Assembly: GCA_900315805.1 (NCBI GenBank) | Contig: ONAN01000002.1 | Coordinates: 151,701-215,700, forward strand | Direction of reading: 5' to 3' | DNA length: 64,000 nucleotides | From: an uncultured Selenomonadales bacterium | Lineage (GTDB): Bacteria; Bacillota; Negativicutes; Acidaminococcales; Acidaminococcaceae | In this document: one piece after another, positions 47,122 to 58,139 of the stretch | Position numbering within the stretch: the first letter of the stretch is position 1 | How the letters are laid out: every line of letters starts with the position of its first letter | Notes under the pieces: model-generated | Databases searched by the model: none | The model's input: the letters and a program-made list of their open reading frames with translations, nothing else | Told to the model about the DNA's origin: nothing | Position numbers and translations under genes: made by a program

Positions 47122-48174
47122 TCATTTCCCCGTCTTCAATTCCGTCCAGTACTGGTCGTACATGGTGATGGCGTCGCCGATGTCGCGGAGCCATTCGCCC
47201 TTGCTGCCCTGCGTGTCCGCATATTTCAGGATGGGGTTGCCGGCGATGGCCTGATCCATCTTCGGCAGGGCCGCCGCATTGGCGTTCGGCAGGCGCATGT
47301 AATTGAAGTTGCGGGCCGAAACGTCGGGGTCGTACATGAAGTTGATGAACTTCATGGCCAGGTCCTTGTGCTTCGCTCCCTTGGGAATGCACATGTTGTC
47401 GGCCCAGATGACGGTTCCTTCCTTGGGGATGACGAACTGGATGTTCGGGTTCTCCGTATTGGAGTACGAAGCGTCGCCGGACCACATCTGCGCAATCCAG
47501 ACTTCTTCGGAAATCATCTTCTGCTTGTTGTTTTCCGTATCATAGGCCAGGACATTCTGGTTGAGCTGCTTCAAATCGCGGAAAGCCTGTTCCACTTCGG
47601 CCTTGTTGTCCGTGTTGTTGGAGTGGCCGTTGCGCTTCAGGGCCAGGCTGAAGACTTCGCGGCAGTCGTTCAGCAGCATCACGTGTCCCTTGTATTCCGG
47701 TTTCCAAAGGTCGCTCCACGACGTGGGCGGCTCCTTGACGTACCGTTTGTTGTAGGCGATGCCCGTCAGGCCCCACACATAGGGCAGGGAATAGACGTGC
47801 TTCGGGTCGTATTCCGGGGTCTGCAGGCCCTTGACGAGCTGCGGTTTGTTGGTCAGCGCGGCCGGGTCGAGTTTTTCCAGCATATTGAGCTTGATCATGG
47901 TCGTCACCATGTAGTCCGACGGCTGGATGATGTCGAACTGGGCGCCGCCGGCCTGCAGTTTGGCCAGCAGCTCTTCGTTATTCGAATAGACGTCGTAGTT
48001 GACACGGCAGTTGTACTTCTTCTCAAATTCAGACAGGACCTCGGGGTCGTAGTAGTCGGCCCAGCTGTAAATGTTCAGTACCTCTTTCTTGTCATCGTCG
48101 CCGCAGCCCGCCGTGAGGAAGGCGAAGCAGGCGATGACAGCGAGCATCAGGGAGATGCGTTGCCAGTGTTTCAA
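47122..48174 (-). CDS. potD: Spermidine/putrescine ABC substrate-binding lipoprotein, copy 2
   Basis: Lipobox LTAGC; NIYSWADY, SNNEEL, PSDY, MWSGD, IWADN; TTG start. Confidence 0.9.
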   Translation of the reverse strand: MKHWQRISLMLAVIACFAFLTAGCGDDDKKEVLNIYSWADYYDPEVLSEFEKKYNCRVNYDVYSNNEELLAKLQAGGAQFDIIQPSDYMVTTMIKLNMLEKLDPAALTNKPQLVKGLQTPEYDPKHVYSLPYVWGLTGIAYNKRYVKEPPTSWSDLWKPEYKGHVMLLNDCREVFSLALKRNGHSNNTDNKAEVEQAFRDLKQLNQNVLAYDTENNKQKMISEEVWIAQMWSGDASYSNTENPNIQFVIPKEGTVIWADNMCIPKGAKHKDLAMKFINFMYDPDVSARNFNYMRLPNANAAALPKMDQAIAGNPILKYADTQGSKGEWLRDIGDAITMYDQYWTELKTGK

Positions 48175-48199
48175 ACGGTATCAACCTCTTTTCCGTGAG

Positions 48200-49264
48200 T
48201 TATTTACCGGTCTTCAGCTCCGTCCAGTACCGGTCGTACATGGTCAGAGCTTCCCCGATATCCTCAATCCATTCGCCCTTGGAGATATAGTCCTTGGCGG
48301 CTTTCAGCATCGGGTCGCTGTTGAAGGCCTCGCTGTGGTAGCTTTCCGCTTTGGCGTTCGGGTCGTTGTAGCCGATGTATTCGTAGTTGGCGGCGCTGAC
48401 TTTCGGGTCATACAGGTAGTTGATGAACTTCTGCGCCAGGTCTTTGTGTCTGGCTCCTTTCGGAATGGCGAAGGTGTCGGCCCAGATGACGGCGCCTTCC
48501 TTCGGAATCACGAAAGCCAGGTCCTTGTTGTCCTTGTGCGCGAACGAGGCGTCACCGGACCACATGGTACCGATCCACGCTTCTTCGGCGATGAACTTCT
48601 GCTTGATCGTGTCCGTATCGTAAGCGAGCACGTTGGGCGACAGTCTGCGCAGGTCCTGAACGGCCTTGTCCAGTTCCGCCTTGTTCTTGCTGTTGACGGA
48701 AAAGCCGTTCTTCTTGAGGGCCATGCCGAGGACTTCGCGGGAATCGTTCAACAGGATGACGCGGCCCTTGTAGGCCGGGTTCCACAAGTCGTTCCACGAA
48801 GTCGGGGGAGTCTTCACGTACTTTTTATTGTACACGATGCCCGTCACACCCCAGGTGTACACGACGGAATACTTGCCCTGCGGGTCGTAGGCAGGGTGCT
48901 GCAGCGCCGGCAGGATGTTCTTCGTGTTGTCCAGCGCGCTGTGGTCGAGCTCTTCCAGCAGGTTGAGCTTCGTCATGGTCGCCACCATGTAGTCCGACGG
49001 CTGGATCACGTCGTACCGCGAACCGCCGGCCTGGATCTTGGCCAGCAGCTCCTCGTTGTTGGCGAACACGTCGTAGTTGATTTTGCAATGGTATTTCTTT
49101 TCGAAGTCCTCGAGGACCTTCGGCGAGAAATTGTCCGCCCAGCTGAACAGGTTCAGCACCTGTTCCTGAACGTCACCGGCGGGGTTCTGCGGCTTGCCGC
49201 TGCCACCGCAGCCGGCCAGCAGGAGGACGAACGCACAGAATAAGAGTGTGATGAGTTTTTTCAT
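48200..49264 (-). CDS. potD: Spermidine/putrescine ABC substrate-binding lipoprotein, copy 1
   Basis: Lipobox LLAGC; NLFSWADN, PSDY, MWSGD, IWADT; GGAGG RBS. Confidence 0.9.
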   Translation of the reverse strand: MKKLITLLFCAFVLLLAGCGGSGKPQNPAGDVQEQVLNLFSWADNFSPKVLEDFEKKYHCKINYDVFANNEELLAKIQAGGSRYDVIQPSDYMVATMTKLNLLEELDHSALDNTKNILPALQHPAYDPQGKYSVVYTWGVTGIVYNKKYVKTPPTSWNDLWNPAYKGRVILLNDSREVLGMALKKNGFSVNSKNKAELDKAVQDLRRLSPNVLAYDTDTIKQKFIAEEAWIGTMWSGDASFAHKDNKDLAFVIPKEGAVIWADTFAIPKGARHKDLAQKFINYLYDPKVSAANYEYIGYNDPNAKAESYHSEAFNSDPMLKAAKDYISKGEWIEDIGEALTMYDRYWTELKTGK

Positions 49265-49385
49265 GTTAAGCCTCCTAGTTTCAAATTGTCGGCAACTGCC
49301 CGGCAATAAGCCAGATTTTTTTATGGGAAGATGTATTGGCGCAGAGGCGGGCAATACATCGTACCCGACAGGGGACCGGCAGGCC

Positions 49386-50183
49386 TTATTCGGCCTGCTC
49401 TTTTGCTTTGTGCGAGGGCTGCAGCGCTTCGGCGAGCAGCACCAGGGCGATTTCGACGCACATCATGACCGTGGACAGGGCGTTGATTTCCGGCGAGATG
49501 CCGCGCTTCACCATGGCGTAAATGTACAGCGGCAGCGTGGTGGAGTTCGGGCCGGCCACGAAGAAGCTGATGACGAAATCGTCGATGGACAGGGTGAAGG
49601 CGATGAGGGCGCCGGCGACGATGCCCGGCATGATGAGGGGCAGGGTCACGTAGCGGAAGCACTGCCAGGGGGTCGCGTACAGGTCGCTCGCGGCCTGCTC
49701 GTAATCGGCCTTCATGCCGTCCAGGCGTGCGCCGACGGTGATGACGACGAAGCTGAGGCAGAAGGTGATGTGGGCCAGGATCAGCGTCGCTTTGCCAAGG
49801 GGCAGGTGGGTCTGGGAAAAGAGGACCAGCAGCGACAGGCCCATGACGATTTCCGGAATCAGGATGGGCAGGTACAGCAGGCCGTTGATGGCGCTCTGCA
49901 TCTTGAATTTGTAGCGGTGCAGGGCGATGGCGGCGATGGTGCCCAGCGAGGTGGAGACCACGGTGGAAATGCAGCCTACGATGAGGGTGTTGATGAGCGC
50001 TTCCAGCACGCGGCGGTTATGGAGCAGGTGTTCGTACCATTTGAAGGTGAAGCCCGTCCACACGGCGTTGATGCGGGAATCGTTGAAGGAATACATGGCC
50101 AGGATGATCAGGGGCAGGTAGAGGAAGGCCAGGACCGCCAGCGAGTAGGCCAGCAGCAGATGGCTACGCCACGTCTTTTGCAT
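49386..50183 (-). CDS. potC: Polyamine ABC permease
   Basis: LYLP..IL..YSFN, PEIV.G, AFTLSIDDF, NSTTLP. Confidence 0.92.
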   Translation of the reverse strand: MQKTWRSHLLLAYSLAVLAFLYLPLIILAMYSFNDSRINAVWTGFTFKWYEHLLHNRRVLEALINTLIVGCISTVVSTSLGTIAAIALHRYKFKMQSAINGLLYLPILIPEIVMGLSLLVLFSQTHLPLGKATLILAHITFCLSFVVITVGARLDGMKADYEQAASDLYATPWQCFRYVTLPLIMPGIVAGALIAFTLSIDDFVISFFVAGPNSTTLPLYIYAMVKRGISPEINALSTVMMCVEIALVLLAEALQPSHKAKEQAE

Positions 50184-51024
50184 CGTCGGCGCCTCCCTTC
50201 TGAATCTGCAGTGTCCGGTAGTACAGGATGATCAGTACGAGGGACAGGACGGCCAGCATGATGGACAGGGCCGAGCCGAACGGCCAGTCGCGGGCCGACA
50301 GGAACTGGTTCTGGATCAGGTTGCCGACCAGGGCCGATTTGGCGCCGCCCATGACATCGGGGACGACGAACATGCCCAGGGACGAAATGAACACGAGGAT
50401 CGTGCCGGCAGCCACGCCGGGCATCGTCAGGGGCAGGGTGATCTTGCGGAAGGCCGTCAGCGGTTTGGCTCCCAGGTCGGAAGCGGCTTCCAGCAGGCGG
50501 TGGTCCAGCTGTTCGATGGACACGTAGATGGGCAGGATCATGAAGGGCAGCAGGGCATAGACCATGCCGAGCATGACGGCGCCTTCATTGTAGAGCAGCT
50601 GCAGGGGCTGCTCGATGAGGCCTGCCTTGATGAGCAGCGTGTTGAGCACGCCCTGGGCGCGCAGGATGATGACCCAGGCATAGGACCGGATCAGGAAGTT
50701 GATCCAGAAAGGGATCATGCACAGGATCAGGCCCGGCTGCTGCCAGCGTTTCGGCAGCTGGGCGATGTAGTAGGCCAGGGGATAGCCCATGAGGACCGTC
50801 ACGACCGTCGTGACGAAGGCCACCACCAGGGTCTGGCCGAAAATGGACAGATACAGCGGTTCCAGGAACCGGGCATAGTTATGCAGGGTCCAGTTGAACA
50901 CAACCTGGCCGTAGGGCGTACGGCTGGCAAACGATACGGCGACCACGATGAGCATGGGGACCACGAAGAACACGGTCAGCCATAGCAGCGTGGGCGCTAT
51001 CAGGAATTTTCCGTTCTTATTCAT
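50164..51024 (-). CDS. potB: Polyamine ABC permease
   Basis: PFWINFLIRSYAW, LPFMILPIY, LLEAASDLGA, RDWPFGSA. Confidence 0.92.
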   Translation of the reverse strand: MNKNGKFLIAPTLLWLTVFFVVPMLIVVAVSFASRTPYGQVVFNWTLHNYARFLEPLYLSIFGQTLVVAFVTTVVTVLMGYPLAYYIAQLPKRWQQPGLILCMIPFWINFLIRSYAWVIILRAQGVLNTLLIKAGLIEQPLQLLYNEGAVMLGMVYALLPFMILPIYVSIEQLDHRLLEAASDLGAKPLTAFRKITLPLTMPGVAAGTILVFISSLGMFVVPDVMGGAKSALVGNLIQNQFLSARDWPFGSALSIMLAVLSLVLIILYYRTLQIQKGGADDAKDVA

Positions 51025-51037
51025 AAGGCGTGCCCTC

Positions 51038-52048
<1,011 letters not shown>

Positions 52049-52339
52049 GTCACGACCTTTCTTTCCGCAGGCCCGCAGGGCCTTGAGCGGTAAATCCAAG
52101 CGATAAAAAGCGAAAAGGCGTTCCCGCGCGGTTCCTGCCGTATTTTCCCGGTTGGGACGAACATGATGCAAGGGCTGCGGGGTCCGTCGTTTCTTTCCTA
52201 ATATATGTCAAAGTTTTCGTTGCACTGTCATTATAATGTACTTTGCCCCCCATGGCAACCTGTTTTTTGATAAATTTCAACCCCCTGCCATCCCGCATTC
52301 CAAATAGGGTTGGCAAGGGGTTTCCCCAGGCCGTCTTTT

Positions 52340-53149
52340 TCACCTTTCCGGGACGATGTCCCCGATGCCTTCCAGAATGAACCGGGGCCGGTAGGCGAAG
52401 TGCCGCACCGTTTCCCGCGTCGACACGCCGGTCAGGACCAGCACCGTCTCCAGGCCGGTTTCCACGCCGGCGACGATGTCCGTGTCCATGCGGTCGCCAA
52501 TCATGGCTGTTTCGCCGGAGTGGACGCCCAGGATCTTCAGGCCCGTGCGCATCATGAGGGGATTCGGTTTGCCGATGTAGTACGCCTCCACGCCCGTCGC
52601 CATCTCGATGGGCGCCACCAGGGCACGGCAGGCCGGGATGATGCCGATTTCGCTGGGGCCGGTGACATCGGAATTGGTCGCGATGAGGCGCGCCCCCTTG
52701 TTGATGAGCTGCGTCGCCTTGACGATCATTTCGTAATTGTAGGCCGTCGTTTCGCCGACCACCACGTAGTCGGGATTGATGTCGTTGAAGGTGATGCCCG
52801 CGTCGTGGAGGGCGTTCACCAGGCCCGGCGCCCCGATGGCGTAGGCACTGCAGCCCGGCGACTGCTGGGAAAGGAAGGCCGCCGTCGCCAGGGCGCTCGT
52901 GTAGAAATGGCCTTCTTCCACGTCGATGCCCATGCGCAGCAGCTTGTGGCGCAGTTCGAGGGGCGACTTCTCACTGGAATTCGTCAGGAACAGGAACTGC
53001 TTGTGTTCCTGCTTCAGCCACTGCAGGAACTCCTTCGCTCCCGGCAGCAGCACGTTCGTATGGTAAATGACGCCGTCCATATCGATGATGAATCCTTTTT
53101 TATTGCGGATGACCGACAAATCCGGCGTCGCAGTTTTCTTTTCCGACAT
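52340..53149 (-). CDS. HAD-IIA hydrolase (NagD family)
   Basis: IDMDGV, LTNSS, GKPNP, IGDRMDTDI. Confidence 0.9.
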   Translation of the reverse strand: MSEKKTATPDLSVIRNKKGFIIDMDGVIYHTNVLLPGAKEFLQWLKQEHKQFLFLTNSSEKSPLELRHKLLRMGIDVEEGHFYTSALATAAFLSQQSPGCSAYAIGAPGLVNALHDAGITFNDINPDYVVVGETTAYNYEMIVKATQLINKGARLIATNSDVTGPSEIGIIPACRALVAPIEMATGVEAYYIGKPNPLMMRTGLKILGVHSGETAMIGDRMDTDIVAGVETGLETVLVLTGVSTRETVRHFAYRPRFILEGIGDIVPER

Positions 53150-53378
53150 GTTCGTTCCTCCTGTCTTAAACCTTCTATATTTTCCATTCCCCGTCTATTG
53201 TAACACACCCGGTGGCGCGGAACGGGACCCTTGTGTAAAATTTCCGTAAGGAGGCAGGGGAGGACGGCCCCGGTTTTGCGTCCGTCCGCGCCGCGTGCTA
53301 CAATGAAATCAGAGGGGAACCGTTGTCCGCGGTGGCGGATGTATTGCACCCGTGATACCGGAAAGGAGACTGAGAATC

Positions 53379-54605
53379 ATGTTGAACAAAAAATTTATTG
53401 AATTTTTGTACGAAGCGGCCCATATCCAGCGCTGGAACGACCATATCCGGCCGAACGGCTTCACGGAGCTGGACAAGCAGGCCCACAAGATGATCATCCT
53501 TTACATTCTGGCCCGGTACGAGGAAGAAGACCACGGCGTGACCCTGGACTGGCGCGCCCTCATTGAAGGCGGCATCGCGGAATTCCTGCACCGCATCGTC
53601 CTGACGGACATCAAGCCGCCCGTGTTCCACCAGCTCATGAAGTATCACGGCCACGAACTGAACCAGTGGGTGTATGAACAGCTGTCGGAGCGCATTCCCG
53701 GCTTTGACCAGGAATTTCTGCCCGCCATGCAGCGCTACCTGGACAACCATACCTACAAGACGAAGGAAAAACGGCTCCTGCGCGCGGCCCACTACATGGC
53801 CAGCCAGTGGGAGTTCAACATCATTTATCCGTTCAATAAAGGCATCTACGGCATCGAGAAGACGAAAGAGGAAATCAACAACGAGATCGAAAACCATTAC
53901 GACCTGGCCGGCGTGCAGAAACTGCGCCTGCACGGCAAGACGAGCAAGTTCGTCGACCTCGTGGGCCAGCTGCGCTTCCAGAAGCGCTGGTCCCAGTCGC
54001 CGCGCGTGCCCGAGACGTCCGTCATGGGACACGTGCTCATCGTGGCCATCCTGGCCTACTTCTGCAGCATCCAGATCGGTGCTGACGACGACCGCCTGGT
54101 GAACAACTTCCTCTGCGGCCTCTTCCACGATTTGCCGGAAGTCCTGACGCGGGACATCATATCGCCCGTCAAGTCGTCCGTGTCGGGCCTGGACGTGCTC
54201 ATCAAGGATATCGAGCGCAAGCAGGTCGACGAAAAAATCCTCCCGCTCCTGCCCGATTCCTGGGCCGACGACATCGAGTATTACACGCAGAACGAGTTCG
54301 CCGACAAGTACATGATCGGCAGCGAAATGTTCACGTTTCCTTCGGAAGAAGCGCTCAATGCCGCCATCGAGGCGCACCGGGGCGAAGTGCACAAAGTCGT
54401 TGACGGTGAGATCCTCAAGGGCTGCGACCACCTGGCGGCTTTTGTTGAGGCGTTCCTGTCCCTGGAACACGGCATTTCCTCGAAGCACCTGACGAGCGCC
54501 ATCCGCGACCTGAAGGCGAAATACACAGGCCGCGTCATCGGCGGCGTCGACTTCGGCAGCATCTACGACCAGTTCAAGCCGCGGGACAACTGGTTCGAGG
54601 AATGA
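53379..54605 (+). CDS. Tandem HD-domain (YfbR-like) phosphohydrolase
   Basis: Second repeat RW...ETSVMGH...LFHDLPE..TRDI.SPVK; the first repeat is similar but lacks HD. Confidence 0.8.
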   Translation: MLNKKFIEFLYEAAHIQRWNDHIRPNGFTELDKQAHKMIILYILARYEEEDHGVTLDWRALIEGGIAEFLHRIVLTDIKPPVFHQLMKYHGHELNQWVYEQLSERIPGFDQEFLPAMQRYLDNHTYKTKEKRLLRAAHYMASQWEFNIIYPFNKGIYGIEKTKEEINNEIENHYDLAGVQKLRLHGKTSKFVDLVGQLRFQKRWSQSPRVPETSVMGHVLIVAILAYFCSIQIGADDDRLVNNFLCGLFHDLPEVLTRDIISPVKSSVSGLDVLIKDIERKQVDEKILPLLPDSWADDIEYYTQNEFADKYMIGSEMFTFPSEEALNAAIEAHRGEVHKVVDGEILKGCDHLAAFVEAFLSLEHGISSKHLTSAIRDLKAKYTGRVIGGVDFGSIYDQFKPRDNWFEE

Positions 54606-54635
54606 GCGGAACCGGTTTGTACACTGTATAATTAA

Positions 54636-54664
54636 TAGACTTTTCACACAATTTACGCTATAAT
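54636..54664 (+). promoter_or_regulatory. gdh sigma-A promoter
   Basis: TAGACT-17 nt-TATAAT. Confidence 0.65.
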
Positions 54665-54742
54665 GTAGGTGCGAAAAGTGTGAGAAAGGGGAGTACCGCA
54701 GTTCTCAACCGTTCAGTTTTAATTTGAAGGAGGCTTGTTATC

Positions 54743-55984
54743 ATGGGACTTTTTGAACAATCGCAGATTCCGTTGAATGCGGCCATCAAGGCCATGAAGC
54801 TGGATCCGAACGCTGCCGCCATCATCGAGCAGCCCGAACGCACCCTCGAAGTGCATATCCCCGTCCGGATGGACGACGGCACGACGAAGGTCTTCACGGG
54901 CTACCGCTGCCAGCACAGCACGGTCATGGGCCCTGCCAAGGGCGGCGTGCGGTATCATCAGAACGTGAATATGGATGAAGTCAAGACGCTGGCTTTCTGG
55001 ATGACCTGCAAGTGCGCCGTGGCCGGCCTGCCTTACGGCGGCGGCAAGGGCGGTGTCATCGTCGATGTAACGAAACTGTCCGAGCGGGAACTGGAAGCGC
55101 TGACCCGCGGCTATATCGACAAGATCGCCCCCTTCATCGGTGAAAAACTGGATATTCCGGCACCGGACATGAACACGAACGCCAAGATCATGGGCTGGAT
55201 GATGGATGAGTTCAGCAAGATCAAAGGCCAGTTCGAGCCGGGCTTCATTACGGGCAAAGACCTGTCCATGGGCGGTTCACTGGGCCGTACGGCCGCTACG
55301 GGCCGCGGCGTCGTGACGGCCGCCATCGAGGCACTGAAGGTCAAGAAGATCAAGGCCAAAGGCGCCACCTGCGTGGTACAGGGCTTCGGCAATGTGGGCA
55401 GCTGGACCGCCAAACTGGCGTATGACGCCGGCCTCAAGATCGTCGCCATTTCCGACGTCTTCGGCGCCATCTACAGCGAAAAGGGCATCAACCCCTACAA
55501 ATTGTCCGAATACATCGCTACGAGCCCGCAGCATGCCGTGAAGGGCTTCAAGGGCACCAAGGAAATCACCAATGCCGACCTGCTCGCCATGAAGGTCGAC
55601 GTCCTCTTCCCGTGCGCTATGGAAGGCCAGATCACCAAGGCCAATGCGGCCGACGTGAAGGCCACCATCGTCTGCGAAGGCGCCAACGGCCCGACCACGC
55701 CGGATGCCGACGAAATCCTGAAGAAACACAAAGTCCTCGTCGTGCCCGATATCCTGGCCAACGGCGGCGGCGTCACCGTTTCCTACTTCGAATGGGTACA
55801 GAACCTGTACCGTTATTTCTGGACGGAAGAAGAAGTCATCGAAAAGCAGACGGCCATGATGGTCAAGGCCTTCAAGGAAGTCTACGAACTGTCGCAGGAA
55901 TACAAGGTCACCATGCGTGTTGCGGCCTACATTTCGGCCCTGAAGCGCATCGCCGTGGCCATGAAGTTCCGCGGAATGTACTGA
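54743..55984 (+). CDS. gdhA: Glutamate dehydrogenase (Glu/Leu/Phe/Val family)
   Basis: GPAKGGVRY, LPYGGGKGG, PAPDM, ATGRG, QGFGNVG, EGANGP, VSYFEW. Confidence 0.95.
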   Translation: MGLFEQSQIPLNAAIKAMKLDPNAAAIIEQPERTLEVHIPVRMDDGTTKVFTGYRCQHSTVMGPAKGGVRYHQNVNMDEVKTLAFWMTCKCAVAGLPYGGGKGGVIVDVTKLSERELEALTRGYIDKIAPFIGEKLDIPAPDMNTNAKIMGWMMDEFSKIKGQFEPGFITGKDLSMGGSLGRTAATGRGVVTAAIEALKVKKIKAKGATCVVQGFGNVGSWTAKLAYDAGLKIVAISDVFGAIYSEKGINPYKLSEYIATSPQHAVKGFKGTKEITNADLLAMKVDVLFPCAMEGQITKANAADVKATIVCEGANGPTTPDADEILKKHKVLVVPDILANGGGVTVSYFEWVQNLYRYFWTEEEVIEKQTAMMVKAFKEVYELSQEYKVTMRVAAYISALKRIAVAMKFRGMY

Positions 55985-56174
55985 TCCGCAGCGCCGGCCC
56001 TGTTCGGACAGGGCGGCTGCCCGATGAGGCGTGAAGAAAGAAGGCTGTCCGGCCGGCCGCTTTTGCGGCAGGGCCGGCGGCCTTTCTTAATTGTTACAAA
56101 ATTAACAGGAATTGTGGTAAAATCCAATAACCACGGACAAATGTGTGAAAATCCTGTAAAAAGTCCGCGTCCGT

Positions 56175-56203
56175 TTGACACTTAAGTGGGCGCGTGATAA
56201 AAT
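56175..56203 (+). promoter_or_regulatory. Aminotransferase sigma-A promoter
   Basis: TTGACA-17 nt-TAAAAT with a TG extension. Confidence 0.75.
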
Positions 56204-56289
56204 TTTCTTTACAGGCTGGTAACGTCTGTGTGCGCCTTGACGGCGCGGTATAACTAGCAGATAAAGATATAGGAAAAGGGGTAATTTTG

Positions 56290-57489
56290 ATGCAAAGAAA
56301 CTTCGCAAAAAGAATGGACCGCATGAAAGCGTCCGAAATCCGTGAACTGTTGAAACTGACCACGAAACCGGAAATCATTTCCTTCGCCGGCGGCCTGCCC
56401 GCTCCGGAACTGTTCCCGGTAGAAGATATCGCCAAAGTGGCCCACGACCTGGTCCTCAAGGAAGGCCGTCAGCTGCTGCAGTACGCCACGACCGAAGGCC
56501 GCCTGACCCTGCGCCAGAAGATCGCCAAACGCATGGCGGAAAAATACGGCACGCCCGGCATCAATCCGGACGACATCCTGATCACCACCGGTTCCCAGCA
56601 GTGCCTCGATTTCTGCGGCAAACTGTTCCTGGACCCGGGCGACGTGGTCCTGTGCGAAAGCCCGTCCTACCTGGGCGCCCTGAACGCTTTCAATGCCTAT
56701 GAACCGGTCTTCAAGGAAGTACCGACCGACGAGGACGGCATCATCCCCGAAGAACTGGATAAAATCCTGGCTACGACGCCGCGCGTCAAATTCATCTATG
56801 TCATTCCGGAATTCCAGAATCCGACCGGTGTGTCCTGGACGGTGGAACGCCGCAAGAAATTCATGGAAGTCGTCAACAAGTACAACCTGCCGGTCTTCGA
56901 AGACGATCCTTACGGCGAACTGCGCTACACCGGCAAGATGAACCCGACCCTGAAATCCATGGATACGAAGGGCCTGGTTTCCTTCCTGGGCACGTTCTCC
57001 AAGATCTTCTGCCCCGGCATGCGCTTAGGCTGGATCGCCGGCCCGCATGACATTGTCGAAAAGTTCGTCATGATCAAACAGAGCGCCGACCTGCACACGT
57101 CCAACTTCGACCAGGGCATTGTCGATGCCTATATCGACAACTGCGACCTGGACGCCCACGTGGAAGAGATCAAGGCCCTGTACGGCAAACGCCTGAAACT
57201 GATCCTGAAGACCATGGAAGAAGAATTCCCGAAGGACGTCACCTTCACCCGTCCGGAAGGCGGCCTGTTCCTGTGGGTCACCCTGCCGGAGGGAGTCAGC
57301 TCGCTGAAAGTCTTCAACAAGTGCATCGAAATGAAGGTTGCCGCCGTCATCGGCGATGCCTTCTATCCGAATGAAAAGACGGACCGCAGCCTGCGCGTCA
57401 ACTATTCCAACATGCCGGAAGACCGTATCGTCGAAGGCGTAAAGCGCATGGCCAAGGCCATCAAGGCCGTTATGGCGGAAAGCAAGTAA
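56290..57489 (+). CDS. PLP-dependent class I/II aminotransferase (LysN/aromatic type)
   Basis: SEIRELLK, SFAGGLPAP, FQNPTG, EDDPYG, GTFSK..PG.RLGW. Confidence 0.9.
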   Translation: MQRNFAKRMDRMKASEIRELLKLTTKPEIISFAGGLPAPELFPVEDIAKVAHDLVLKEGRQLLQYATTEGRLTLRQKIAKRMAEKYGTPGINPDDILITTGSQQCLDFCGKLFLDPGDVVLCESPSYLGALNAFNAYEPVFKEVPTDEDGIIPEELDKILATTPRVKFIYVIPEFQNPTGVSWTVERRKKFMEVVNKYNLPVFEDDPYGELRYTGKMNPTLKSMDTKGLVSFLGTFSKIFCPGMRLGWIAGPHDIVEKFVMIKQSADLHTSNFDQGIVDAYIDNCDLDAHVEEIKALYGKRLKLILKTMEEEFPKDVTFTRPEGGLFLWVTLPEGVSSLKVFNKCIEMKVAAVIGDAFYPNEKTDRSLRVNYSNMPEDRIVEGVKRMAKAIKAVMAESK

Positions 57490-57505
57490 TCCCGATTGAC
57501 AATTT

Positions 57506-57544
57506 AAAGTGGGGGCCTTACAATTTCTGTAAGGCCCCCTTTTT
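57506..57544 (+). terminator. Terminator after the aminotransferase
   Basis: GGGGGCCTTAC / GTAAGGCCCCC plus TTTTT. Confidence 0.8.
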
Positions 57545-57606
57545 GTGCCCCGAAGCGCCGTGCGGCAGGGACGAAAATGGCCAAATGAACTGAGGAGGGA
57601 TTCCCT

Positions 57607-57969
57607 ATGCCTTACATGATCGTCACCGCCATCATCGCCATCTTCGTCGCCATCCTGGCCCTGCAGAACTCCATGATGGTGAACATAAACTTTTTGATGT
57701 GGAGCTTCGAGATGAACCTCGTCCTCGTCGTCTTCATTTCCGCCATCTGCGGCTTCTTGATCTCCTTCATCTGGGGTCTGAAACTGAAGGCCGAAGGCAT
57801 GTGGCGGAACCACAAGATGAACGACCGCCTCTCCCGCCTGGAAGAAGACAAGGCCGTGCTGGCCGCCAAAGTGGACGAACTGCTGAAAGCCCGCGGCACC
57901 ACGGCAGAAGAAGTCCTCGCCAAACACCATACGGAAGAAGCGCAGCAGACCGCTTCGAAAGAACAGTAA
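57607..57969 (+). CDS. LapA/DUF1049-like small membrane protein
   Basis: FALQN...V.INFL.WSF two-TM pattern followed by a coiled coil. Confidence 0.75.
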   Translation: MPYMIVTAIIAIFVAILALQNSMMVNINFLMWSFEMNLVLVVFISAICGFLISFIWGLKLKAEGMWRNHKMNDRLSRLEEDKAVLAAKVDELLKARGTTAEEVLAKHHTEEAQQTASKEQ

Positions 57970-58139
57970 AACCGAACAGATTACCGCCGGGTACGCAGCA
58001 CCATTCCGTCAGACCTCAACAGGAATGGGCGGGCGTACCCTTTTTATATCGCAAGCCCTGTTTGTTCCGTTCCCCTGTTCCGTGATATAATTAATTATTA
58101 TGATGTTTTTCTTATCACGAACGAGGAAGAGGTATCGTT

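Noticed and set aside
53234-53250. Second Pho-like site between nagD and the HD gene (TGTAAA then CGTAAG at +11)
   Set aside because: Only one good repeat and one 4/6 match; not above chance in AT-rich intergenic DNA
56200-56215. CodY-like boxes (56201 AATTTTCTTTACAGG; 5619 AATTTTTCGAAAAAC)
   Set aside because: Four or more mismatches to AATTTTCWGAAAATT; too weak to call
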